This document shows, in pieces, positions 25,408 through 36,400 of a stretch of DNA of 64,000 nucleotides. How positions within the stretch are numbered: the first letter of the stretch is position 1; each line of letters opens with the position of its first letter. Made by a program: the position numbers and the translations under genes. Origin of the DNA: Hemiscyllium ocellatum (lineage: Eukaryota). The stretch is taken from assembly GCF_020745735.1 (NCBI RefSeq), contig NC_083409.1:16800303-16864302 (forward strand), given 5' to 3'. The notes beneath the pieces were generated by a model. That model did not search any database and was not told where the DNA came from. It saw only the letters and a list, made by a program, of their open reading frames with translations.

Positions 25408-25858
25408 TCTTTGGAGAAGGCAGCGAGGAGAATTGTTCCAGAAATTCAAAATCAGGAGGGGCCTGGAACAGAGTAAATAGGGAGAAAATGATTCCACTTG
25501 TGAAAGGATTGAGACCGAGAGGCCACAGATTGAAAGTAATTGAAAAAGTAAGAAAAGTGAGATGAGGGAAAACATTTTCAGCCAGTGGGTGGTTAAGGTG
25601 TGGAATGCACTGCCTGAGAGTGTGGTGGAGGCAGCTTCAATTGAAACATTCCGAAGGGAATGAGACTGTTATCTGAAAAGGAACAATATGCAGGGTGACA
25701 GGGAGAAGGCAGGAGAATGACACTCAGTGAATTGCTCATTCAGAGAGCTAGTCCAGACAGGATGGATGGAATGGCCTCCTTGTGCACTGTAACAATTCTG
25801 TGATTGTGTGATTGAGCAGAGTTAAAGCTGGGGGAGGTGGGAGCTCGGTGTCTCACTG

Positions 25859-25860
<2 letters not shown>

Positions 25861-25893
<33 letters not shown>
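25861..25893. repeat. (CTG)11 microsatellite in the J-C intron; paralog (CAG)12 at 59305-59340
   Basis: Direct reading. Confidence 0.95.
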
Positions 25894-26268
25894 AGGTCAG
25901 TGAGATCAGAGACTGGGACAGGGAGCCAGAGCTCACATCAAACTCTGCCCCGTGTCCGTCACACTGAGACTGGCAGGAGGCTACTCACTGATTTCACTCC
26001 ATGCTGCAGGAATGGGACCACAGGCTGCAAATGGACAGAGCTCCTCCACACAGTGAGTAAAACTGACTGACTTATATCTTGCTTTTTTTAAAGAGGGCAT
26101 GAAAGTAAAGAAATACAGCTGGACACCCTGTTAGACACAGTGCTCCTCAATCAACCATTTCATTCACTGCAGCTTCCCACTAACACCTTCAACAAATCAG
26201 TAACTGTATTTTAGAAAGTGTGTTTCAGTATTGACAGGGTTAATAACAGAGGATTGAGGTTTACTTAC

Positions 26269-26598
26269 TCAGTCTGAGCTTGGTTCCTTTACCGAACGTG
26301 TAAGGCCAGCTGTAACCTTGCTGACAGTAATAGTCAGCGACATCCTCATTCTGAACGTTGCTGATTGTCAGGGTGAAACTGGTCCCTGATCCACTGCCGG
26401 TGAATCGCTCGGAGACTCCTGTGAATCGAGTTGTTGCACGATAGATCAGGAGAGAGGGTTTCTGACCTTCTCGCTGCTGGTACCAGTTAACATAGTTGCT
26501 AACAGATTGACTGGCCGTACAGGTGAGTGTTGCGGTCTGGTCCCGTCCCACTGACAGCACCGGGGGAGACTGGGTCATGCTGATGTCCCCACTGATAC
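26269..26598 (-). CDS. IGKV: Fused VJ exon of kappa-type light chain (V 26598-26303, J 26302-26269)
   Basis: [13 protein letters not shown]...TC...WYQQ...[15 protein letters not shown] continues directly into [11 protein letters not shown] with no RSS. Acceptor cccctcag; donor A|GTAAGT. The 330-nt exon is phase 1 at both ends and splices in frame to the leader and C. Confidence 0.97.
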
Positions 26599-26784
26599 CT
26601 GAGGGGTCAAAGAGAAACACAGTGAAGTCAGAACTGTCACAGAAAGAGCCGGTCAAATGAGAGATTGTTGGAGACACTGAGCATTCCTCTGGTTTCAGCA
26701 TTTTCCCTTCAATCACAAGTCAGTGGAATTGGAGTGAAATGGAGAGCAGCGAAAGATTCAAGGTGGAAGGAGAGAGATTTGTAC

Positions 26785-26833
26785 CTGCGACACAGAATGC
26801 CAGGGGCCAGATCAGCTGGATGTGTGAAATCAT
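26785..26833 (-). CDS. Leader (signal peptide) exon of the joined cluster, MISHIQLIWPLAFCVA(G)
   Basis: ATG at 26833, 49 nt, donor G|GTACAA, 186-nt intron to the V exon. Same layout as the plus-strand cluster. Confidence 0.93.
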
Positions 26834-26893
26834 GGTGTGTGCTCCTGTCCCTGTGCCTGGTTCCTGATAAACTCTCCCTTCACTGGGCTCTGC

Positions 26894-26947
26894 TTTATAA
26901 AGCTGCAGCCTGTGAGAGTCTGACTGGGTGTTCCTCAGTATGTAAAT
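26894..26947 (-). promoter_or_regulatory. V promoter: TATA-like TTTATAAA (26894-26901) and variant octamer ATTTACAT (26947-26940)
   Basis: Position and spacing upstream of the leader ATG match Ig light-chain promoters. The octamer differs from ATTTGCAT at one base. Both motifs are shared with the plus cluster. Confidence 0.7.
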
Positions 26948-28029
26948 GGCATCAGGCAGAGAGAGCCACGTCCTCATACTTCCTCTTCTCTCTCTTTCTA
27001 TCTCACTCTCTCTGTCTCAGAGTCATTGATGTGAACAGCACTGAATGAGGCCATTTGGCCCATTGTGTCTGTGCTGGTAAACAAAGATCTGATGACACTA
27101 ATCCCATCCTCCAGCTCTTGGCCCATTACCCTGGAGGCTACAGCAACACAAGGGAATATCTAAACACTGCTCCAATTGTCACGAGAGTTTCTGACTCAAC
27201 CAGCCTTTCAGGCAGTGAGGTTCAGACTCTCACCACCCTCTGGGTGAAAACATTTCTTCTCAACTCTCCTCCCACTCTCCAACTCGCCTGGCTATGGACT
27301 CCCTCGTGTTCAGAACGATGAGAGGGGATCTGATTGAAACATATAAAATTGTAACTGGGCTGGGCAGGGAGGAGGTTTCCCCTGGTTGGGAGTCTGGAAC
27401 CAGGGGACACAGGCTCAGGGGGATACAGGGTTGACCATTTCGGACTGAGATGAGGAAACATTTCTTCACTCAGAGGGTGGTCAACCTGTGGAATTCTCTA
27501 CCACTGAAGGCTGTGGAGGATAAGGAACTGAATATATTCAAGAAAACAAGAGAGAGATAATTGTTTTGCATTTTAACAGCTTGAAGAGAATGGGGAGAAG
27601 GCAGGAATATGGCTTTGAGAGAGAGGATCAGCCATAGATCTTAGAATGCCTACAGTGTGGAAACAGGCCATTTGGCCCGACTAGTCCACACCGACCCTCA
27701 AAAAAATGATGACATTCAAAACTTGATACAGCCATGATCATACTGAATGACAGAGCAGAATCAAAGGGCCGAATGGCCTACTGCTGCTCCAAGTTTCTAC
27801 GTGTCCATGTCTGTGTTACCTTCAATCTCTGTACCAGGTTATTAAATCCTTTACTGATGTAAAATGTGCCATCCTACCTACCCTATCATTGTCCTGAATA
27901 ATCTTATCCCTCTCTATCAGGTCCCTTTTGAGCCTTCACTGCTCAAAGCTCACATTCAGGCAGCATCCTGGAAAATCTCCCTGTACCCTCTCAGGTACAA
28001 TCACATTCTTCCCAGAGTGTGGTGACCAG

Positions 28030-28648
28030 GACTTGTCCCTCTCTCTCTGACTCACATCTGCCATTTCTTTCTCTCTACCTCTATCTCTCTCTCCTAATGT
28101 TAATCTCTTTCATGTTCTCTCCCTCTCTCTCTCACACACACACACGCGCTCTGTCTCATAGCCACATTCTCCAACTCACTGATGCTTTCTGACTACATCT
28201 TATCATCTGTTTCGCCTTCTCTCACTGTCTCTGTTACTCGCTCCCTCTCTCACTCAGCCTCCAATTGTTACCTGTCACTCTCTATTCCTCCCTCTTTCTC
28301 TCTCCCTCCCTCTCTATCTTCCAATTTACAGTCTCTCTCCCTCTCTCTCTGTCATTATAAATCTACCCATACTCATCTCTTTCTCTCACAATCAACCCTA
28401 CCCTCCCTCTCAACTCTCTTCATGCTTAGTCTCACACCCATCCTGTCTCTTTCTCTCTCTCTCTCTCCTTGTCTCTTTGTCTCTCTCCATCCCTCTCAGT
28501 CACACTGTCTCACATCTTGTTTTTCTCTCTCTATCCCTCAACCTCACCATTTCTACCTCCCTCTACCTCTCTCTTGGTCCCCTCACATATCTTACACCGT
28601 ATCAGATGCTCGTCCCTCTATCTCTCTCTCTCACTTTCTTTCTTTCTT

Positions 28649-28682
<34 letters not shown>

Positions 28683-28740
28683 TATTTTTCCCTCCATCTC
28701 TCTCTCTCTCTGCCTCACTGCTCTCTCTTTCTGACAGTGT
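28030..28740. repeat. Long CT-rich low-complexity tract upstream of V; GA-rich mirror at 56290-56750
   Basis: Direct reading. Confidence 0.9.
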
Positions 28741-29569
28741 CCTGGGTGGTGACAGTTGAATGCAGGATAAATCTCCCTCTGCTTTGCCCCACTAATGGAT
28801 GTTAACCCTTGACCCCTGTCTTCTCCTTGGGTAAGGCCCTATTTCCACGTTGACCAGGGTTTGGTCTTTCTCAGGAAGATGGACAGATTCTGGTCAAATG
28901 AAGGGCAGTTCTGTGCTGTTGGCCTATTCTCACTGGGGACTGATTTGGACACAAACCTCATTCCGTGAAGGCCCAGCAGAGAGAGGAGATCCTCAGATCA
29001 TCAGCGTGAGTTCGAGGGGAGACAGGAGAGGCTCTGACCCACTGACCCATCCTGTCCATTCACAACATGTTCCAATCCTTTCCCCTCTCCTTCCCCTTCC
29101 ATGGTCAGTCTTTTCTGAATGGAGAGGTCCCTTCCCTGTCTCACACCAAGGAGGAGATGGACAGATATTTAATGGGTAATGGGTTAAAGGATGATGGAAA
29201 GTGGGCAGGAAAGTGGAGTTGAGTCTGAGATGGGATCAGCCATGATTGTATTAAATGGTGGAGTGGGCTCGAGGGGCTGAATTGCCTGCTCCTGCTCCTA
29301 GTTCTTATGTTCCTCCACCCTCTCCCCCATCCCTCTTACTGCAACTTTGTGAACATTCTTGGAATGCTTGGACATCGAAGGAGTTATGTGAATTCAGGAT
29401 TTGTGTGGATTTAATGTGGGGACAGAATTGCACACGGGCTGTGATAGATCCTGCGGGTGAATATCCTGCTGGCAGGCTCCCGCCTTCCATATACAGAATG
29501 GGGAAGTGGGGGATGTCGGAATGTACTGCCGGGGTACACGGCACTGTCCTCTAGCAATGTGGTTGACTC

Positions 29570-31690
29570 TCTAGTGCCCTCTGAAATGGCCGAGCAAGGC
29601 TCTCAGTTGTATCAATTATGACAATGTTTCAACAAAGAAATGAGACCGGACGGACCACAGGCATCGATCTAGACACCGAAAAGACAAGGACAGAAACAAC
29701 CCTGTCTACCCTGCTCCATCCTCCTTACTGACATCTGGGAGCTAGTGCCAAATTCAGGAGAGCTGTCTCACAGATGACTCAAGCAACAGTCTGACACAGT
29801 CACACTCACAGAACCATACCTTACAGACAATGCCCCAGACACCACCATCACTGTCCCTGCATGTGTCCTGTCCTACCAGAAAGGCAGACCCAGCAGAGCT
29901 GATGACACAGTGGTCTACGGCCAGAAGGGAGTTACCCTGGGAAGTCTCAAAGTTGTCTCCCGTGAAGACTCATGACACCAGGTTAAACATGGGCGTGGAA
30001 ACCTCCTGGTGATTACAAGATATCTTGCTCCCTCGGCTGATGAATCAGTCTCTCCTGGATGTTGAACAACATTTGGAGAAAGCACTGAGGGTGATGACAG
30101 CAGAGAGTGTACTCTGTGTGGGGGGGTTTCAATGTCCACCACTGAGAGTGGCTCGGCAGCAGCATTACTGATCGAGCTGGTTGGTTCCTCATGGATGTAG
30201 CTGAGGGACTGGCTCTGCAGCTGGAACCAAAGAGATGGAAAAAGTTGCTTGACCCCATCCTCACCAATCTTATGGCTGTAGATGCATCTATCCTTGACAG
30301 TATTGGTAAGAGTGACCATCACACAGTCCTTGTGGAAACAAAGTCTGTCCTTCACATTGAGAATCCCCTCCATTGTGTTGTGTGGTACTATCACCGTACT
30401 AAATAGGACAGACTCCGAACAGATATTGCAACTCAAGGCAAACTCTTATTGCACAATGCTCAGCACTCTTCCCAACTCCTCAGATACTGAAGCAGTCCAC
30501 ATGCAAATGCAACAATATCTGGACAATATCCAAGTTTTGTCTGAGAAGTGACATTTCCCATTGGTGCCATGCAAATGCCAGCCAATCACCATCACCAATA
30601 AGAGACAATCTAAACATCGCCCCTTGACAATCAATGCTATTACCATCACTGAATCCCCACGATCAACATTCTTGAGGTGTCATTGACCAGAAACACAACT
30701 GTATTCACCAAAGAAACACAGTGGTTACAAGAGCAAGTTAGAGGCTAGGAATACTGCATCCAGTAATTCACCTTCTGATCCCCCAAAGCCTGTCAACCAA
30801 GTCAGGAGTGTGAGCAAATACTCCCCACTTGCCTGGACAGGTGCAGCTCCAACAACATTCATAGATTGATAGTGTCACAGAGTCAAACAGCACAGAAACA
30901 AACCCTTAAGCCAAACTTCTACATGCTGACCAAGTTTTCTGAAGTGAACTCATCTTATTTGCCTGCGTTTCACACATATCCCTTGAAACCTTTCCTATCT
31001 ATGTCGATTGTATCCTATGTCTTTCTTATCCACTCAAAAAGCTTGATACCATCCAGAGCAAAGCAAACTCCTTGATTGGCATCGCATTCTCAAAGCATCC
31101 AAACTCACCGTCACTGACGCTCCATAGCAGCAGTGTGTATTATCGATAAGATGCACTGCAGAAATTCATCACTGATCTTCAGATAGCACCTTCCAAACCC
31201 ATGGACAAAAATAGAAATTTCAGGAAAAGCTCAGCAGGTCTGGCAGCATCTTGGAGAGAAATCAGAATTAACATTTCGGGTTGAGTATGAAATATTAACT
31301 CTGATTTCTCTTCACAGATGCTGCCAGACCTGCTGAGCTTTTCCAGCACTTTCTATTTTTGTCTCAGATTTACAGCATCTGCAGTTCTTTTGGTTTCCCT
31401 TCAAACCCACGTTCACTTCCATTTAGAACAAGAGCAGCAGATACATGGGAACACTGTGAGCTGCAAGTTCCCCTCGAAAAAGCTTAGCATCCGGACTTGA
31501 AAATATGTCGCTGATCCCTCAGCCTTGCTGGGTTAAAATGCTGGCATTGTGGGTCAACTTACAGCTTGTGGACGATAACAATTCAAGATGGCAGCTTCCC
31601 ACCACCTTCTCCAGGGCAACTAGGGACAGGGTAAAAAATGTTGGCCCAGCCGGTGATGCCCACTTCCCACAGGTGAATATGTAAAACCAA
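29570..31690 (+). mobile_element. Decayed APE-type non-LTR element of a non-CR1 family (fragments also at about 2170-2315 and 52480-52965)
   Basis: VEQHLEKALRV...VGGFNVHH..WLGS and DSIGKSDHHTVLVETKS endonuclease motifs; the clade could not be assigned by eye. Confidence 0.7.
31201..31396. mobile_element. Palindromic PLE-like hairpin inserted in a LINE
   Basis: ggaaaagctcagcaggtctggcagcatc...gatgctgccagacctgctgagcttttcc, flanked by ccttccaaaccc / cccttcaaaccc. Confidence 0.75.
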
Positions 31691-31959
31691 ATGAAGTGTC
31701 CCTCAGGAGGGGAGAGGGAATGTTCAGGATCCTGAGCTCCATTTCCCAGCCCAGGCAGTTTGTCTCCCAATGAATGAATGAGATGCCAATTTGAAGCCCA
31801 GGTTCAGGGCAGTCTCACTCTGTGGACATGAGGTCTATAAGAGGGAATTGGAGATTGAGCTATAAAAGAAAGATTTGCTTGGTTACGGGGAGAGAGAGGG
31901 GAGCAGTGGGATTAACTGGGTCATTCAAAGGCATGATGGGCTGAATGGCCTCCTCCTGT

Positions 31960-32215
31960 GCTGTCAGATTCCAGGGAGTGCAGACAGTTCACAGTTTTCT
32001 CCTGTCTCAGTAACAAACACCCAGCTGCTCCGAGCTCCTTCTTTCACTTCCTCTCTTGGTGAAGTTGCAACCTTGCGCTCTGACAGTCTTTGCAGTTATT
32101 TGTTGCACTGGGGCTTTCTGCTGTGGTCAGAATCTCTAATAATAAGTGTCCAATCAGTGACAATCACAGCAGCTAAGACCAGTCAGGACTGAGGAGCCAG
32201 GCTCACTGGGAAACA
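31960..32215. promoter_or_regulatory. Candidate lymphoid enhancer (EICE, RUNX, MYB, E-box), copy 1
   Basis: GGAAGTGAAA on the minus strand (32051-32042), TGTGGT 32122-32127, CAGTTA 32093-32098, CAGCTG 32022-32027. Confidence 0.45.
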
Positions 32216-32680
32216 CATTGGCAGGATCAAAGCCATCCTCTTCAGCTCCCAGTACAAACTCCATCCCTCTCCCTGAGCACTGTCTGCTGCTCTACCAGAC
32301 TCTTTACAACTTTGGCCTCATCTTTGGGGCTGATTTGAGGCCCAAATCCTCCACATCACGATTATCAGCCACTGAAAATCTCAACCATGTTTTTGAGACC
32401 ATTCCAATGTTATCCACGCCCACATCACAGCTACTGACTTCCGTAAACATCAGCTCATCCCAAACTCTGCTGTCAGTGTTCAAACTCACACCAAGTCCAC
32501 CCCATACTCCTGTCCACGCCTCCCTACTCCACCATGACCATCACAATCCTCACTGACTGACATAAGCTCCTGGTCCAGCAACACCTCGATTTTCAAATTC
32601 TCATCCTTGTTCTCAATCTGCTCCCTGTTCTTCCACCCTCCCTATCTCTGTGACTTCCTCCAAGCTGCCTCACTCACTGT
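32215..32680 (+). mobile_element. L2-like LINE 3' coding fragment (mirror copy 51575-52030; another at about 53760-54230)
   Basis: The mirror copy reads LQLIQNYAARIQTCTKSR..LYWLLVKQHLDFQILIVVLKSL, typical of the L2 ORF2 C-terminus. Confidence 0.7.
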
Positions 32681-32897
32681 GATCAATAATCTTGGATATA
32701 TGGCTCTCTGTTTCTTCATCCAAGTCATTGAGAAATATCGTGAAAAGCTGAGGTCCCAGCACAGATCCCTGGGAATACCACTACTCACATCTGGCTCATT
32801 GGAACACACGCACATTATCCTTCCTCTCTGTCTCTTAGACAGACCCATTCCTGACCCAAGGTAAATGCATTTCTCAAATTCCATCCAATTCCATGAT

Positions 32898-33025
32898 TTG
32901 GAGATGCCGGTGTTGGACTGTCGTGTAAATGTTAAAAATCACACAACACCAGGTTCTAATGCAACAGGTTTGTTTGGAAGCATCAGCGTTTGGAGCGCTG
33001 CTCCTTCATCAGATGGTTGTGGAGT
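32898..33025 (-). mobile_element. PLE-end fragment, second family (another copy at about 12790-12905, plus strand)
   Basis: The minus strand reads CTGATGAAGGAGCAGCGCTCCAAACGC; it shares the cacacaacaccagg tail with 25206-25407. Confidence 0.7.
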
Positions 33026-33039
33026 GTAAGGTCTGAATC

Positions 33040-33340
33040 AATGTTTCTTTTGTGGAACATTCTTAAATGTCTTTTGGAATTCCCTATAGACAATAGCCAT
33101 CGACATTCCCTTATATCCCACACCAGTGAGCTCCTAACAAAGTGTAACCCGGTTAGTTAAAGATGTCTGAACCTTTGTCAATCCAGACTGACTCTCTCGG
33201 ACCAGTTCATATTTGTCCGTTATTCTGTCTCTAAAAACAGACTCAACCACTTCCTGACAACAGACATTCAATGGAGATGTTCATTGTGATTGAGGCTCGT
33301 AAACAGCTAGCACTGACACGAGGGGCTGAACAGCCTCCTC
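33040..33340. repeat. Innermost inverted-duplication block (partner 44335-45150, which carries a 550-bp insertion)
   Basis: cactgacacgaggggctgaacagcctcc matches the reverse complement of ggaggctgttcagccccttgtgtcagta; homology resumes after 44952. Confidence 0.8.
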
Positions 33341-33464
33341 CTGTGCTGGCACATTCTCTGTCTCCTGGACTGAAATATTTTACAGATTAAAAACTAAAGA
33401 CCAGCAGCAAATTTTAAAATATAAATTAAAAACTCCTCAAATAATTTCCACATACAGGGCCGGG

Positions 33465-36400
33465 CGATGTGTAGTAATTGTACGATGGGGAAGCTGGTGG
33501 AGCCCATTGTAGCTCAGAGTGACCACATCTACAGCAAGTGTTGGTTGCTCAAGGCACTCCAGCTCAGAGTTGATGAGCTGGAATCTGAGCTTCAAACACT
33601 GCGACACATCAAGGAGGGGGGAGAGTTACCTGGACACTGTGTTTGGGGAGACAGTCACACCTTGTAGGTTAAATACTTCAAATTATGGCCAGTGGTCAGG
33701 GACAGGAGGGTGTGACCAAAAGTGAACAGGCCGATGCAGCCTGGATTTAGCCTTACAGGTGCCTCAGCTCCTTGTCCAACAGGAATGAGGTACTTGCTCC
33801 CTGTGTCAATGAGGAAAAGGATTGTCGGGAGAATGGGCAAATGTAGTTTGAGGATTTTGGTGATAGTGACCATAACTCTGGAAGTTTCAAAGTCATTATA
33901 TAAAAAGATAAAGATAGGGCAGAAATTATAATGTCTAAACTGGGGAAAATGTAGGGATGTGTAGGTTAGGTGCATTAGCTATGGGAGATGCAGATTTACA
34001 GGGATAAGGTAGGGAGACAAGTCTGGGTGGGATGCTCTTCAGAATGTTGGTGTGGACTCATTGGTCTGAATGGCCTGTTTCACACGGTATGGATTCTATG
34101 ATTCGATGACTCCTACGGGCAGTCATTGCTGGCTTGGCCAGAGATGTCCATTTCCTATGAATGAATGAAGGAAACCACTGCACCATGGTCCAGGAGACCA
34201 CTCAGACTGGGGGAGCATAAAGAAAAGAGGGGTCTTGATAATGAGGGGAACTGATAGCATCCTTTGTGAGCAGGATTGAGAGCCCCACATGGTGTGTTGC
34301 CTGCCTGGTTTCAAGGTAAGGGCATCTCGAGCCGGCTTTTAAGTATAACAGACTTGGGGGGTGGGGGGGTGGGGGTTGAGGATCCAGTTGTTGTTGTCTG
34401 TGTCGGGACCAACAACGTCAACAAAAATCGGCAAAAGGCCCTATTTGGACAATATCAGGAAAGCTATCAGAAGGATATTGATTAGACAGATGGAGAGAAA
34501 TAAGAAAGAGGTGAGTACAGCATCAGTGCTGAGGAACAGATTCCAGTGAATGGACTAAATAAGAGTTCTATATCCGAATGCATGAAGCGTAAGGAATAAA
34601 TACAATAATCTGCAGGCACAAATTCAAATTTAAGATTGTGGTATCGGATCAATTACTGAGCCATAGTTGCAGAATCATTCAGATTGGGAACGATATCTAT
34701 CGGGTTAGAAGGTTCACAGGATGGATATGGGAAATGGCAGAAGAGGTGGAGCAGCTTCATTGATGAGGGAAAAAATGGCTTCAATGGTGAGGGAGGTCAT
34801 AATGAGGAGAAAACATTCAGTGGGACTGAGGAGCAGGAAAGGATCGAAAACTGTAGTAGATGTTGGATACAGACCCCCCTGACAGCAGCTCTGAGGTGCT
34901 GGATTGTATAAATGGAGGAATTAGACAAGTGTGTAGCAAAGCCAGTGTATTATTAATGGGGAAGTTTAACTTTAAATTAGATTGGGAGACAGACAAGCCC
35001 TCTGTCAGAAAGGTAGTGAATTGCTGCTGTGTGTCCAGAATAGTTTCCAACAGCAATAGGTCCTGGATACAACAAGGGGACAAGCAATATTGGAATTAGT
35101 AATGAATAATGAGCCAGATTTAGTTTGTAACTATTTGTGCATGAATATTTATCAAATAGTGATCATAACATGATCTAGTTCAGTGTCGCATTTGAAAGTA
35201 AAAAGCATGAATCAGCTGCTAGAATTTGAGATTAAGGTAAGGGCCGACTTTAACGAGATGCGACAGAGACAGTCCACAGTAAACTGGGAAAATCTGCTCA
35301 TGGGTAAAACAACTGAAGAACAGTGGGGAATACTTAAAGGAACATTCAGCACAAAACAAAGCCAGTTTATACCTGAGAGGGAAAAGCGAACAAACAACAA
35401 TGGTCAATTAAAGAGATAAGGGAAAGAATAAAATGTTAAAAAAGGCTTACAGAAAAGCCAAAAAAAGGACAGATTCCGCTGAATGGGAAGGATACAAAAG
35501 GGCCCCATATCAGCTTCTAAGAGCTACCATAAGGGATTCTGAAAGGAAACATGTAAGGGATAACAAAATCAATAAGGAGAAATGTTACAGTTCCATAAAA
35601 GGGAAGCTGGGAGGTCAGGAGCAATGTTGGCCATTAAAGACTGAAAGTGAGGGATATTGTCAGTGACAATGGGGAAATGACAGACATATTAAATAAATAC
35701 TTTACCTCAAGATTTGCAGCAGAAAAGGAAGAGGACTTGCCTGAAGTCCCAAAGGAATTAACAGAGGATCTGTGTCAGGGACTGATTAGATTCCCTGCAG
35801 TGTGCAAACATGCCTTTTGGCCCAACCAGTCCACACCGACCCTCCGAAGAGTAACCCACCCAGACCCATTTTCCCTCTGACTAATGCACCTAACGCTATG
35901 GGCAATTTAGTATGGCCAATTCATCTGACCTGCACATCTTTGGATAGTAGAAGGAAACCCATGCAGACAATGTGCAAACTCCACACAGGCAGTTGCCCAA
36001 GGCTGGAATTGAACCTGGGACTCTGGTGCTGTGAGGCAGCAGTGCTAACCACTGTGTCACCTGAATAAAGTTAATGTCAATAGAACATGTGTAATAAGGA
36101 AAATAATGGAACTAAAGAGTGACAAATCCTCAGGACCTGAGGGTGATAAAGTAGTAATAGACCACATTGCAGACACCCTGACTATAATCTTTCAGAGTTA
36201 CCTGGCTTCAGGAGTCGTACCTCTGAATTGGAAAATTGCAAATTTCATTTCACATTTAACAAGAATGTTAGAGAAAAACCAGGGAATTACAGGTCACGAA
36301 GCCAACGTTTGTGGTGTGGAAATTGTTGTAGTCTATAATCAAGGATGGGGGTAACTGAAGACCTTGAAAATGGTCAGTTAATCAGGGAGAATCAGCATAG

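Larger units (their letters stand above)
20822..29115. repeat. Left arm of large inverted segmental duplication (partner 55900-64000)
   Basis: Shared V/J, promoter, CAG tract, CT-rich tract and shared old CR1 copies in mirror order. The last bases of the window match about position 20822. Confidence 0.93.
31940..32860. repeat. Inner inverted-duplication block (partner 51440-52295): unique island, L2 fragment and CR1 fragment
   Basis: ccagggagtgcagacagttcacagttttctcctgtctcagtaacaaacacccagctgctc at about 31970 matches the reverse complement at 52215-52280. The junctions between component pieces are shared. Confidence 0.88.

Noticed and set aside
28182-28805. 207-aa Ser/Leu-rich ORF (also 2933-3655, 56426-56818)
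   Set aside because: Arises from CT-rich or microsatellite low-complexity DNA that lacks stop codons; no domain signature.
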